64,000 nucleotides of DNA from the human T2T-CHM13v2.0 reference genome, Homo sapiens, in NCBI RefSeq assembly GCF_009914755.1, contig NC_060934.1; one strand, given 5' to 3'. Every line of letters begins with the position of its first letter. Positions within the stretch are counted from its first letter, which is position 1. The notes beneath the pieces were generated by a model that did not search any database, was not told the origin of the DNA, and saw only the letters and a list, made by a program, of their open reading frames with translations. The position numbers and the translations under genes were made by a program. This document shows, one piece after another, positions 29,629-44,900 of this stretch.

Positions 29629-30442
29629 GTTTAGGTACATATGTCATTGTCTAGGATTATGTGAACATGGAGAAAACATGAAAGAAGGAATACTAGGCAA
29701 ATGAATTTGGGGTATGGGGAGGTAAGATTGGGAGGATCAGAAGAAGGAAAGGAGATGAGAAAACCAAGCAAAAAAAAATTTTTTTAAATTCAAAATCTCA
29801 ATCCAAACAAAGATAGTCATGATTGTGATATTGGTAATGACAAGAAATCTGAATCCACTCAAACACCAGCCAGGTGCAGGGAGGGCTAGGATAAATGCCT
29901 CACCAGAGTCTAAAGGCATGTCTCTACATTTTGATATTTCACTCCATGCACAGTGGTAAGGAAGAACTGAGGTAGTTTCAAATAAGCTCTTAGAGCTTCT
30001 GAACATTTGCCCCGGTCCCAATCTCTTAGCCTCCAGCAGCATTGAGAGCCTATCCAACTTTCATCACGTGATGCTTTAGTCTACAAATGTCAATTCTTTG
30101 GTTGCTTTAGTTGTTTACTTCACAACAAAGCTCTCATTTCCTGAGTAAGGATGTCATAAAAATAAATAAAAGTTATATTTAGGCTTTAAAAAAAATAAAC
30201 CTGCAAAGACCTTTGTGTTTTTAGTTCTACTGAAATAATCAGGTCTCCTTCCAGAAAAAAGAAAAAAAAAATCCACTTAAAGAAAGCCTTATAAAAGACT
30301 CAACTATGCTGTTTCATCTCAGAATTTTTCTACAAGCAACTTTATATGTTTTAGAGGATCTGCAAGCAAAGTGGATACCTGGTTCAAAATAAATAGAAGA
30401 ATGAGGGAATGGACTTTCAAGATGCACCATGAATATACCTAC

Positions 30443-30487
30443 CAGCCTCTGCAACAGTCTGACTTGCCTCGGGACCCTGAGTCCATC
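30443..30487 (-). CDS. ITIH5: ITIH5 coding exon 2 (DGLRVPRQVRLLQRL), 45 nt
   Basis: Found by reading the minus strand: ttctcttttctag|GATGGACTC...AGGCTG|gtaggt; phase 0-0; bridges exon 1 and exon 3. Too short for the ORF track. Confidence 0.95.
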
Positions 30488-30943
30488 CTAGAAAAGAGAA
30501 GAGACTGTTAAAAAGGTGATTTTTAAAAGAGAAGAGACATGAAATATGATTGTGAGGTCATTCTCACATGAGTTATACAAGGGGGTTAAAATCTATTCAG
30601 ATTCACCAAAAGCTGTATCTATCCTGAAAAGCAGTTTTGACTTTTTATCAGGGAGTTTGTTTCGAGGCCAGAATTAGAATTCATCCCTGTCAGATCTGGT
30701 TGACTCTTAACCCATAATGTCACACTATCTCATCGCCTGAGCATTCTTCTATCTGTAAGAGGAGATGGATGAAATGACAAGAACAAAAAGATAGAGTATT
30801 TGTATTCTGTTTCATTTTATTTGGGGCCTCAAGTTAAACTCTTTGCTACTGTGTCTATTACAGTAAGTAAAGGTATTCAGTCTTAATTCCAGTGGGCTCA
30901 CTATTCAACTTAAAACTCCAGGAAACTCTGGAAGCAAAACTGA

Positions 30944-31354
<411 letters not shown>

Positions 31355-31552
31355 TAATAATTAATTAGCTAGACACTCTGGACTAATTTAAAGGTCTTAG
31401 CTGATTATATGGATGTTACTCATGGCAAATCTCATTAACTAATAGAAGTGTAAACTATTGTTGCTGGGAGTAATAAGTTTTCCTTCCTTTCTGGAAGGCA
31501 GTTTTACAATGTAGATCAAAAACATAAGAAATATGCCTAGACTTCATGTCTA

Positions 31553-31853
<301 letters not shown>

Positions 31854-32158
31854 TTTTTTTTTTTTTTTTTTTTTTAGACGGAGTCTTTTTCTGTTGCCCA
31901 GGCTGGAGTGCAGTGACGCCACCTTGGCTCACTGCAATCTCCAACTCCCGGGTTCAAGCGATTCCCCTGCCTTAGCCTCCTGAGTAGCTGGGACTACAGG
32001 CATGCACCACCACGCCCGGCTAATTTTACTTTTGTATTTTAATAGAGACGGAGTTTCACCATGTTGGCCAGCATGGTCTGGATCTCCTGACCTCGTGATC
32101 CGCCCGCCTCTGCCTCCCAAAGTTCTGGAATTACAGGCATGAGCCACCGTGCCTGGCC
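31854..32158 (-). mobile_element. AluS (second of the tandem pair)
   Basis: Antisense Alu directly abutting the previous one. Confidence 0.95.
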
Positions 32159-32479
32159 AAGTTTAACTTTTTACGATACTGCCAAACTGTTTTCCAAAGT
32201 GGCTGTAACATTCTGCATTCCCACCAGTATGCAATCTTTTAATTTATAAATTCTACTTACAGAAAAGGGAAGAAAATACTGATAGAAAAAAAAAATGAAC
32301 ACAAAAGAAAATTCTTGGAAACTTTTAAAACAATTGCTCATAATTAGAAAAAGCCTAAAATGCCCTGAAAATGTGGTTCGGTTAAGTAGACTATGATACA
32401 TTGATTAATTACCACACAGCTACTGAAAATAAGGACCTGCACCTACATTTACTAACATGAATCAACATTCATTTTACTG

Positions 32480-32850
32480 GACTTCGAGGTTGTTCTCCAA
32501 ATATATTCCTAGCTCTCTGCCAGAGGGATTAGTCCTTGTGAGTAGACAGGGTCATGTGACTAGTTCTGGCCAATAAGTTATGAATGTAAGTAACATTAGT
32601 CCCTTCTGAGCCAAGCATTAAGTTAATGTTCAGTGTCCCAGAACTTCCTTTTCTTCAGCACAGTAATTAGTAATGTTTGGGGTAATGACTGCTCCATGAA
32701 GCCCAAGTTCACAGTGACCAACAGGTGCAGAGCTGCCCCACTGCTGACCCAAGATGGACAAGGTGTATAAGCAAGACATAAGAGTTTGTTGTTTAAGACA
32801 TTGAGAATTGGGGATTGCCGGATACCACAGCGTAACCTAGTCTATCCTGA
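32480..32850 (+). mobile_element. MLT1-type LTR, degenerate
   Basis: gggtcatgtgactagttctggccaat and gttgtttaagacattgagaattggg motifs. Confidence 0.6.
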
Positions 32851-33248
32851 GAGATATGTTCATGACACAATTTTAAGTGATGAAATCAGGTAACAAAACA
32901 CTATATGTAACATGATCCCATTTTTGTAAGTGTAAGTGTTTTTATGTATAGAATGTGCATCAAAGTGCTAATCAATGGCTGTTACCTTTGATTGACATCT
33001 TGTTCTTTAAACTTTTCTGTATGACCTCAAGTCTTAACAAAATGCAGATATTTCCATTTTGAAGACTAAAAGTATAAGAGAAACTCTTTTAACCCCATTC
33101 CCTGCTTTATCTCCCCACCCAAAATATATATATACATTGTAAGTTGCCATTCTAAGCCATTATAGAGTCTACTATTCAATAGAACATGGGATGGAGAAAA
33201 ATAGTACAGGATTTAGGCTGACATCCACCCTGACTCCAAGTAAGAACC

Positions 33249-33854
33249 TATTGATGAAAGAGTCAAACTCTGTAAAATATTTGAAGAGATTTATTCTGAT
33301 CCAAATATCAGTGACCATGGCCCATGACACAGCCCTCAGAAGATCCAGAGAATACGTGCCCAGGGTGTCGGGGCACAGCTGCTTGGTTTTATACATTTTA
33401 GGGAGACATGAGATGTCAATCAAATACATGTAAGACATACATTGGTTCAGTCCAGAAAGGCAGGACATCTCGAAGGTGGTGGGGGCTTCCAGGTTATACG
33501 TAGATGTAAAAGTTTTCTGATTGGCAACTGGTTGAAAGAGTTATTATCAATAGAAAGGAATCTCTGGGTTATAATAAGAGGTTGTGGAGACCAAAATTTT
33601 ATCATGCAGATGAAGCCCCCAGGTAGCAGGCTTTAGAGGGCATCGACTGTAAATGTTTCCTATCAGACTTAAGATCTGTGTTGATGTTCATGCTGGAGGG
33701 GTACAAGGAGGCATGTCAAACCCCCACTTCCCAGACCCCCACTTCCCGTGACGGTCTGAACCAGTCTTTCAGGTTAAACTTAGAGGGCCCTGGACTAGAG
33801 GAGGAAGTCCATTCAGTTGGTTGGCGGGCCTTCAAATTTTATTCTTGGTTTACA
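33249..33854 (-). mobile_element. MER4-group ERV1 solo LTR
   Basis: Minus strand begins tgtaaaccaagaataaaatt; contains gagtcaaactctgtaaaatatttgaagagatttattctg; 4-bp TSD aacc on both sides. Confidence 0.85.
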
Positions 33855-33906
33855 AACCAAACACTTCCTAGGAGTATATCGGTTTTGGAATTCTAAAATG
33901 AGGTGA

Positions 33907-34236
<330 letters not shown>

Positions 34237-35719
34237 AAATGAGGTGAGATGCACAAGAGACTGTGAAAGGAAGGCCATCATAGGGACCCTGGGCAAGTTC
34301 TTTATCAGTCTTGCATGATCATCTCTTGCCCTTCCCTCCCTAAATTGTGGAGCAGCCTGGGGACCACTTAAAATAACTATGGTCAGAAGGAAAGCCCAGC
34401 CCCTCTCAGGTATTAAGTTCCCTGATTGATCTAAAGTATTTTCTTTGAAGTTTTCTCTTTTGTAAAATAGGTTTTCTGAGAAAATAAGCATGCTTCAAGG
34501 AGAACAAGAGAAGCTGGTTTTTCATTTTTGAGATGCCTATCTGATGTCTCAGGGGATCACTATGGCCACACTTCAGTCCAAGTTTCAACTCAGCTTGACC
34601 CAGAATCAAAACTTCCCAGTACACGTACATTGCTGGTGCCAGCTAGGATTGGAAGTGCAAATGACATTAATACCATCATCGTTTTTAGTTAAGAATTCCT
34701 GATCCTTTTTATTGTTTGAGTGTTTTCCCGGTGCCTTTTAAGAAACGAGGGGTGGAGTCTGGCTACAGAAAAGTAACTGACTCCCAGCTTCAGGCAAAAC
34801 TACCATAAATAGCCATCTTAGAGCTTCCACTGACTTCCTTGAGGCCCCAAATCATGGACTTAAGAGATGGTGCTACCCAGCTGAGGTTATTTCTCCAGCA
34901 TCAGAACAGAAGATATCCAGACCACAACATTTATTGAGAAAAACGTAAGCCACCATCTCTGCCACCAAGGACCATACTCTCTAATTTTCAAAAATATATA
35001 TGCTCACGAAAGCACAATAGACAAAGTGAGTTTTATAAGTTACAAAAGAAATAGATGAAAGAAGAGATCACTATGCTCTTGAGTGACCGTGAAAGGCTTT
35101 ATGAAGAAGACAGGGCTGCAGCTTAGCTGTGGAGATGTGTCTTGGAGTGGGATGAAAGGGAAGAAGAAAGTGAAAGAGAATCAGGTTCAACACAGGAACA
35201 ATCCTCAGAAAATCAACTTCATAGACCTGCACCTGCCTCTAACACAAATGGACCCAGCAACATCACCACCAGGAAACAGAAGGTGAGGTAAAGGCTTCCT
35301 TAGGACGAGCATGTGTCAGTAACATCATCAGAGCTGTGGAGTGTGGAATCTCCAAACCTACCCCGTTATCAATTAGTGCAACTATAGGTGGGAAAAAAAA
35401 CCTGCCAGTGCCGCTTAAATGTTTATAATTTGACTGATAGGGGTTGTGTTTTTCTTCCCAGGATCCACCGGAGCATCAGATCATGACTGAGGGAGGAAGA
35501 GAGATAGGTACTTGAGTCATCTCGAGAGTCCATCCATGGGAAAGAATGGGAGGCAGGAGGAGAGAAACAAAGCCTAATTCTTGAGCACAGACACTCCACC
35601 TTTGGTATGGATGCTGTAATGACCCGGTTGACTTAAAGACAGATGTAAAGGCGAGGTTTGCATCCTCCATTCTTCTTTTGAGCTATAACATTGTATCCGT
35701 GACTCTAGGTCCCATAACA

Positions 35720-36052
35720 CAGGTGTCTCCATCGCCGGGGCGTGGACAGGTACAGGTTGGTGGCCCATTAGGAATCGGGCCACACAGCAGGTGAGCAGTG
35801 GGCGAGCCCGCATTACCGGCTGAGCTCTGCCTCCTAATGCTCCAGGCACTAGATTCTCATAGGAGGCAAACCCTATTGTGAACTGTGCATGCAAGGGATC
35901 TAGGTTGTGTTCTCCTTACGAGATTCTTACTAATGCCTGGTGATTTTAGGTGGAACAATTTCATCCTAAAACCATCCCTCCCACCCCCATTCCGTGGAAA
36001 ACTTGTCTTCCACAAAACCAGTCCCTGGTGCTAGAAAGGTTGGGGACTGCTG
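35720..36052. mobile_element. MER1B-like hAT (Charlie3) element
   Basis: cag...ctg termini, MER1 internal consensus, perfect 8-bp TSD ccataaca (35712-35719 and 36053-36060). Confidence 0.9.
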
Positions 36053-36521
36053 CCATAACAGATCCAAGAGCCATTACACCAAGGCCAGCTTCAGCCAAAC
36101 ACCTTCAACTGACTGAAGTCATGCGTTCCTAGAGGGATCTGTACAAGGAATTTATCTACCACCTGGCCCCATTCTTCTAAGGGCATTCTGAAATGCTGAA
36201 ACCCAAACCGAGAAACTTAAGGGCCAATTACCTTAGAGATCTGCTATAGGACCTGGAACAGAACAAAGGGCTAGATGTTGGAAAGTCACATGAGATGCCA
36301 TTTATCATGTGGGCTGAGAACGGTTAGTCTGAGAATATTCCCATTTGGGTAATTCTATATCACTCACCCCAAATTTTTCTTCCTTGAAAGTAATGTTGCT
36401 GCAAGTTTGTTTAGCTATTAATCATTTGCAATTTGGGATGCCTATCACCTTGGTAATGGAAGAAGAAACCTGATATTACAGCTAAAATTCCAAACAATTT
36501 CCAGAAAGATTGTTTTTTAAG

Positions 36522-36813
36522 TTTTTTTGAGGCAGAGTCTCAACTCATACCACCCAGGCTGGAGTGCAGTGGCATGATTACAGCTCACTGCAGCCTTGAC
36601 TACCTGGGCTCAGGTGATCCTCCCACCTCAGCCTCCCAAGTACCTGGGACTACAGGTGCATGCCACCATGCCCAGCTAATTTTTGTACTTTTAGTAGACA
36701 TGGGGTTTCAACCATGTTGTCCAGGCTGGTCTTGAACTCCTGGGCTCAAGCTATCTGCCCACCTCAGCCTCCCAAACTGCTGGGATTACAGGTGTGAACC
36801 ACTGTGCCTGGCC
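36522..36813 (-). mobile_element. AluJ
   Basis: Antisense Alu with J diagnostics. Confidence 0.93.
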
Positions 36814-36871
36814 GATTAAAATTTTTTAAAAGCAACTGCCATTAGGCAAGTCACCCTGTTTATTTTATTTA

Positions 36872-37252
<381 letters not shown>

Positions 37253-38929
37253 TCAGAACCCTCCTCCTAAAAAAAGCTCAGGTCTTCATCCTCTGTCCCC
37301 CATCTTCCTAAATCGACCTACTCCACTGCTCCTCAGATCCAGAAACACCCGGCTGGCATTCCCAGCAGCTACGCTGATGACATGATAAGCAAGATCGCCT
37401 TATATGTGAGCATCCAAGGACTTGGGGAAAGTGCTAGTTAGGAACACCAAGTCACACACAGCTCATCACCCAGTTCTCAGGACTTCCCCACCCTTCCTTT
37501 CCACCCTCAAGAAATGGCATATGGCTGCTTTGGGAGTGACCAAATCCCTGGAATTTCTCCCACAGCATACTCCTTCCGCACTCTGCCCTACAAACTCATT
37601 TCAACAATCCAGCCCTGCACATAAGGGAGACGTTATTGAATGGCCAGAAGCTTACAAAATCTTTCACTGGCTTTGTTTTTTAAAGAGTTGAAAAAAAATA
37701 GCTATCTTGATTTTTGTTGTTTTTTTCCCCCCCAAATGCAAAAATTTGCTTCTCAGTGAGAATTTATAAGAAATTAAAAATCTGGAAATGTCCAATTCAG
37801 GGAATTAGAAATGTATCACCACAATAGATGTTTGAATTATGACTAGCATATATTGCACATCACCTATGTGCCATGAGCTACAAATACAAATCACATTTAA
37901 ATAAATTCAACTAAATTATAAAAGTGAACATGGCTTGCTGTTTGAAGGATTTGCTGAGAGCCCCAGCTTTGGTGTTCGGCACACCTACACTCCAATCCAG
38001 GCTTTGCACATAGTAGGTTGTTGCAGCTGTCACTTCTCAGAAAGGACTTCCTGGTTGTCCTTTGTCAAATAAGTACATTGAGACATTACAGCGGTAGTCA
38101 GAGACTTAACTAGGCTGTGCATAAATAGTAAAAGCAGCTAATATTACCTAAGTGTTTACTATACGCAAATGCTTTGCCTGAATTAACTCATTTAATCCTC
38201 GAACAACCATAAAAGCAGAACTGTTATTTTTATAAAAATTAAATTATTATTTACATGCTAATAAAACATAAGCTCCAGGACACCTCACTTGTGCAAGCCC
38301 CTAAAAATGCGTGATGTTTGTGGTGCCTGTCAGATTGTCAAAATGTGTAATTTGTTGTGCTTTCTTTATCTTTCTAAATAAATAGTCATTTTAGCACCTA
38401 ATTTTGTAGTTATAATTTGATACTTTTTTCCTTCAAGAGGGTCCTGCAAATTGTATAAACTTTACTCTCCTCCCAAAGCCTAGATCCACCCCTGCCTATG
38501 TAGTAGGAATTATTAACAACTCTATATTGCAGATGATGAAACTGAGACCCAGAGAGGTTAAGTGACTTGCCCAGGTACACACAGGCAGTAAGTGATGGGG
38601 TCCAGATATGAGCCCAGGCAGTCCGGCACCACATGGAGTACTCAACCAGAATACATTATTGCCTCTTATTATTTTCACATAAAGCTCCTAGCAAACTCCC
38701 TGAGACATTGGGACATTACAGATACTCAATAACTGGTGGCTTTTACTATTTTGTCAATCTAAAACTGCTTTGATAATAATGGGAATATAACTCTATCTTT
38801 AAAGACACCATATAAATTTAAGCTAACAAAACAGATAAGTCTGTAGCAGACAGTTTTTATACAAGGGATTTTCTTTTAAATACTAATTTCCCAAAATATC
38901 CTTTAAAAATACTACTATTCAAAGTGTGC

Positions 38930-39255
<326 letters not shown>

Positions 39256-40199
39256 TCAGAATCATCTGCGCCCCATCCCAAACCCAATGGATCTAAACCA
39301 ATGGAAGTGGAACTCAGGAAGCTGAATGTTTAATGAACACCCCAAGTGACTTTTTCCACCCCAAGGGTGAAAACCACTGCTTTTAGGAGTCATTCCACTA
39401 TGGGTTACTGAGTACCCACTGTCTACAGATGGGGTGAAGGGTGAGAGGTGAAGGAACTTGAATCTAAGGTGTTACTGGTATATTTCCAATTACAGGTGAA
39501 TGACAAATAACTGCAATGCAAGTTAATAGTCATATTCAGCTATATTAAAATTTGCATAAGATTTGCATAGACTTACATTTTTCAAATTAAGTTTACATAC
39601 AATTTTAAAGACCATAATGATTGAGAATAGAGTGCTCATTACATTCCCAGGTTCTGTTCTAAGATTTAAGTATATTAATTGTTTCACTTTTCAAAATCCT
39701 AAGTAATTGCATCATCCCCATACAGAGATAGAGGCTCACAAACGTTAAGTAACTCCTCAGTAAGTGCAGAGCCAAGATTTGAACCCAGAATTCTGGTGCT
39801 AAAGCCTATGCTCTCAAACCCTATATCACAAAAACTAAATATAAAAAAGAACGGATTAGGGATAAAAGGTAAAATTGCAAGTTCATAGAACTTTATACCT
39901 TGGATTTTTTTTCCTGATTTAGTCATTTTCAAGATAAATAAATATTGTGCTGGGTTGAAGACAGCATGAAATCACTAAAAGAGGTCAAGCCATGTTTTTT
40001 TATGACAGCAAGTCCATAGACTGTGAAGCCTACTTGAACTTGGTATATGCTAGAGTTTAAACAGCCTTCCTAGTTCAGACACAGAATCTTTGTTTCAGTC
40101 CATCCCACACTGTCCTGTCTCCACGCCCCCAAAAAAGTTTCAAGATCTTTACCCTAAATTCCTTCACTCAGCATGTCAGCAGCATGAGTCTAAGACCAT

Positions 40200-40625
40200 G
40201 GCCAGCATTAAGTGCTGACAGTGTTTTAAGCACTTGGGTGTCATAATGCATTCAGTCCTCACAACCCTATCATTTCTCCACATTTCACAGAAGAGGAATA
40301 TAAGGCCGAAAGGCACTTGATCAGGGTCCCAGAGCTGATAAGTGACAGAATCAAGAATCAAGTGGTCCCAGACATCCTGGTACCAAGCCCATGCCTTCAG
40401 CCATCTACTAAAACATCTCCCAGTTATTGAGCGTCCACTGTATACCAGGTGCTTAACACAAATTAGCTGAGTCCTTGCAAGTTTGCTCAAAAAGAGCCGC
40501 ATTCCCTGCCCTGACCAACGAGGACATGAAGGCTCTGAGAGATTAAAGGGCTTGCCCGGAACACACAACTAAAGCCCAGCCTGTCTCTGCATCCAAAGCC
40601 TGCACTTTTCCAACATCACTACGAT
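40200..40625. mobile_element. MIR fragments
   Basis: cctcacaaccct...catttcacagaagaggaa and gaggttaa-like MIR core motifs. Confidence 0.6.
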
Positions 40626-41614
40626 GCCTCCTGGGATTTTATTAGCTACTCCCCCCCTAGAAGGAAGTATCATTACTACCACTTTACTGTTAAGCACATT
40701 CACAGGACAGAGAACATGAAGATAACTGTCTTCATATTTAGGCAGTTGGGCTTCAAAACTGCTCTTCAAAACAGGGGCTGGAAAAGGGAGAAAAGGTCCG
40801 CCTACTTGTATCTTCCTCCCACCGTGCACAAACACGCTGGAAGCTAAACGGCTTAAATATTTAAATGGCATGTGTGTGAAAGCACTTCTACTTTGTGACA
40901 GGGCCATGTTGCACATTAGCTCTCAATGCTATTTGTGTGAACCCGCTTCATACTTTTTAAAGACAAAAATGCTCTATTCATCATTTTATTGACATTTCAT
41001 ATTTGCAGGTTTTATTCGCCTGCGAGGTTAAGACATTTGAAACACAAATCCTGACAAACGCACAGACCAGCAACTCGAGGAACTCAGACGCTTTGGCTCT
41101 CGGTGCCACCTTTAAATGCTAAACCACCGGTAGGTAGTCGCTAAATGGGAAAGTCGTGTTCTCCCGGTTTTCAGGTGGGAAAAGCTGAGGCTCCCAGGAG
41201 TCTAGAACTCCTCTCATATTGCCTTTCTCCCTGGATCAACTGGGAATGATGATAACAGCAGACTGCCCCCCACGCGTGATAAGGAAAAAACCTTGTAATT
41301 ATAATAACTTTTGGAGCTACCTCAGAAATTAACAACGACGAACAGAAATCTGCGCAATCAACAGGAGCCAAGAAGAAAAACTCGGCTCCGCAGGACAAGT
41401 CCCGGGCACAGTTCTGCAGGAAGCCTCAGGCCAGATCAGGCACCGCGGCTCACACAGAGGTGACGCACGAGTGACCCACAGAGAGGGACCCCTGGGCCTC
41501 TGGTGGGGGCCTGGGAGACGGTCGAAGGGGGCCCGGGCAGAAGCTCCGCGGCCGGGCCGGCGGAGGGAAGGGGGCGGCCGCGCCCGGGACCCGGCTCCCC
41601 TCGGCTCCACTTAC

Positions 41615-41704
41615 CTGCTCCGAAGAGTGGCCCCAGCTCTGCGCCTCTTCCTGCGACCCCACACACAGGGACAGCCCCAGGCACAGCCCCAGCAGCAGGA
41701 GCAT
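41615..41704 (-). CDS. ITIH5: ITIH5 coding exon 1 (signal peptide, MLLLLGLCLGLSLCVGSQEEAQSWGHSSEQ)
   Basis: ATG in Kozak context gccccgccATG; 90 nt/30 aa hydrophobic leader matching the ITIH5 N-terminus as I recall it; ends at CAG|gtaagt donor (phase 0). Confidence 0.97.
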
Positions 41705-41793
41705 GGCGGGGCGAGGGCGCGGGACGCTCGGGGACCCGGCGGGACACGCTTTGCAGCGCCCAGGGCTCCAGCCACTGCGGGACGCTCTCGGGG

Positions 41794-41995
41794 CCGCCCA
41801 CCCCGCGGTCCCAGCCCGGACCCCGCCCACCCCACGGACCCAGCCCGGACCCCGCCCACCCCGCGGTCCCAGCCCGGACCCCGCCCACCCCACGGACCCA
41901 GCCCGGACCCCGCCCACCCTGCGGTCCCCTCCTGGACTCCGCCTACCCCGGTCCCAGCCCGGACCCCTTCCACCCCGCGGTCCCCTTCTGGACTC
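41794..41995. repeat. 29-bp GC-rich promoter tandem repeat, about 7 copies
   Basis: Units ccgcccacccc(gcggt/acgga)cccagcccggacc start at 41794, 41823, 41852, 41881, 41910, followed by degenerate copies. Confidence 0.93.
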
Positions 41996-44900
41996 CAACT
42001 CTCCCACCCCAGCCCAGACCCCACTTCCCCGCCCCAGACCTTCCCAGACCCTGCCTCCCTGGACACCCCCCAAGCCCGGGCCTCGCCTCCCTGGTCCCCA
42101 GTCAGGACCCAGCTTCCCCAGGTCCCCAACCCCAAGCTCCGTTTCTCCACGCCCCCATTTCCCCCCACCTCCCCAGTCCCGGCCCCACCTCTCCTGTCCC
42201 TGTCCCCACCGAGGCCAACTTCCCGGACCCCACCTACAGCCACCCCCTTAAACCCGGGCCCCGCCTCCCTGTGCGCCCCCACACCAGGCCCCGCCTCCTC
42301 CCCAGTCCCCACCCCGCCCCGGGCGCCGCCTTCCCGGCCTCAGTCCCACCAGAGGCCGCGCCTCCCCAGCCCCCAGTGCTGGGCTAGCTCTGTTCGGGGA
42401 GAAGGCATTCCAAGCCTGCCTCGCCGCGCACAGCAGGGGCCACCTGTGTTGGCCCCACGGACCCCTCCCACACCCTCCCATCCTGCGGCTGTGACACTTA
42501 ACCAAGGACCAGTCTCCTCTGTAGAGCCTCCTACTCCGTTTCTTGCCAACACCCACTGCCTCCCGGGCCCTACCCCACGCACCCCCGCAACTCTTTCCTC
42601 CTCTCCCTCAAGGTGCAATATGCTTCTTTGTGGACTTGCTTAATTTCTGTCGCCAGAGGACGCGAGAAGGCCAGCCTGGTCCTCAGCACACAGCCCACCC
42701 CGCACCTGCCAGCCTGAAGCCGGCAGATCGTCCCCTCTGCATTGGCCAGGGACGCTTAATAGGCAGGACAAAGGATACTACCTGCAGTCTAGCGCAGGAG
42801 GGACTAGCAAGGCTGCCAGCCTTTATGTTCTAAGGAAACAGAGGAGACGAGGGAAGTATCTTGGTAGCGTGTAGTATTTCTGAGTTTCTGGTTATTAATC
42901 ATGAAAGTGAGTGCCAGTATGTATCTTAGTTACAAACTATTGGTGATACTTCCATCCTGCCATTGGAAGAATTCTTACCCACCAGCCGTCCACACCTGGC
43001 CTTCTACAGGCTGAGTGCGTCTTTTTTATCTGGTGATACACATTGCAGTTGGGGCTACTTGTTTATTTCATGTTGCAAAGGATGTTTTTTATGTCTCTGT
43101 GATAATTTCATCTAAATAGGTGAGGTGAGTGACAGACCCTTTAAGGACCAAGAACAGGGAAGGGGCTAACTTCGGACCATGGAATAGAGAATACTATTCC
43201 ATGCAGGTTACTATGGGGCCATTAAATAATCGTGCGACGTCTCCAGAAACATGGAGAATGTTGACAGTGTAATCTAAAGAGAAAATCACATCACCAAATC
43301 GTATCAACAGTATGATTGCAATTAGGTAGAAATACATATGGAGGGACATAACTAGAAAAAAAAAACATGAAAAATAAAAGCAGTGGGTAGGTTAGTTTGT
43401 GGTGAGATCCTCGAAAATATCTATTCTTGTTGAAATGCTCTTTGTTTAATGAATTAGGAGAGGTTAAAAACAAACACCTTGCTACTGTGAAATAAATGAA
43501 AGGAAAATTATTGTCATCAGCAGTTAATCCTTTAATAGCCTAACCACTAGTCAGCATGCAACCAATAAGAAACAACTGTAGCCGGTTATTTTTCCCTCCA
43601 GAGGAAAGTAACTATTTGTGAACCAGAAGTTGAATTGGACAAAGCCAGTTTATTTGCAATAGGGAACCATACAGCGGCCATTATTTCAACCCATGATTGC
43701 AACAGAACAGAGACTCCATCGTCTTTCCTTCCCTGCCATCCCTAACTTGAAATGCTGAAAGGGCCCATATTAAACTATTTTTGCCTTTATATCTGATCTC
43801 TTTTTTTTTTCCCAAATTCATACTAACTGGGTTTTACAGCAGTCTAATGTTAAGAAAAGTGAGTTTTATTTTCATCTGGGAGGACCCTCTGATTCTACCC
43901 TAGACTGTGGTTCTAATGTGTTGTTTGTTTAATATAAAGCCAGTTTCTCCAACTGGATCTGTTCTTTGAGGACAAGCCTCTCCCCCAACTTCTAGAACTG
44001 TGCTAAATATATTGTTAGCACTTAAGGACCTTTTGATGAATGAGATTAGTAGATGGGAGGAATGAGTGTGGATGGTAGAGCCAGGCTGTGCCAGGGAGGT
44101 GGGGCTGGGCTATAGTGCAAACTTGACCGCTACCTAGCTGTATGACTTGACAGAGTTTCTGAACTTCCTATTATTTTCAAGCTGTAATAGTTCAGTATTC
44201 TATGTGACACCTGTGTATCTCTATGATGATCTTTAAAATCTAGGTAGGTGTGATAAAAATAAGACCTAGTGAAAGTTTTCCAAGACTGTCAACAAGCAAA
44301 GACAGTGATTTATATCAGCCTTATAAATAAGGGCCAAGGTGTCCCCACATACATTTGTCCTTTGATTCCATGTTTCTCATTTTACCTCCAGGAGGAGCTG
44401 AATTTCCAGTTACTGAACACATAAAATCTCAAAGCTAGAAAAGACCCTGCACGATGTCTAGCTCAATTCATTCACCAGGACCATGTGCCACGAGTGACAA
44501 ATCACAGGGAAGGCCCCCGGGGTTCACGGACAGGATCTAGAGGCAGAGCTCAGCGACAAGGGACTCAGAGTCCAAGAATGAACAGGAGCTGTTTCTCCTG
44601 GGCCAGAGATGCTGCTCTGTCCACGCCACTTCTAGGAAATCATTCCCTCAAGTAACTGAATGATGGGCCAAAGTATTCCAGAATTGTCGAATCACACTTG
44701 TGAGAGTTATCCCTTTATCCTGGTCTCCTACTGGAGACTACCAATAGATGGGCCCAAAATCATGGTCAAAACAACCATGACTTAACGAGATTAACGAGTT
44801 GAAAGCAGGCTGCCTGTTTGTTTTCTTTTAAACCTCTCCCTTGATTTTACATCCTGACACCCCATAGCTCCTAAATCTAGCTATGGTTAGAGTTAAGCCA

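Larger units (their letters stand above)
41050..42760 (-). promoter_or_regulatory. ITIH5: ITIH5 CpG island promoter, 5' UTR and start of intron 1
   Basis: Very high GC and CpG density around exon 1, many GC boxes (ccccgccc), no obvious TATA box; boundaries approximate. Confidence 0.9.

Noticed and set aside
41436-42643. Overlapping long Pro/Gly-rich ORFs, including an in-frame upstream extension of ITIH5 exon 1
   Set aside because: Stop-codon scarcity in a GC-rich repeat explains them. The extension runs through the promoter array and would bury the signal peptide.
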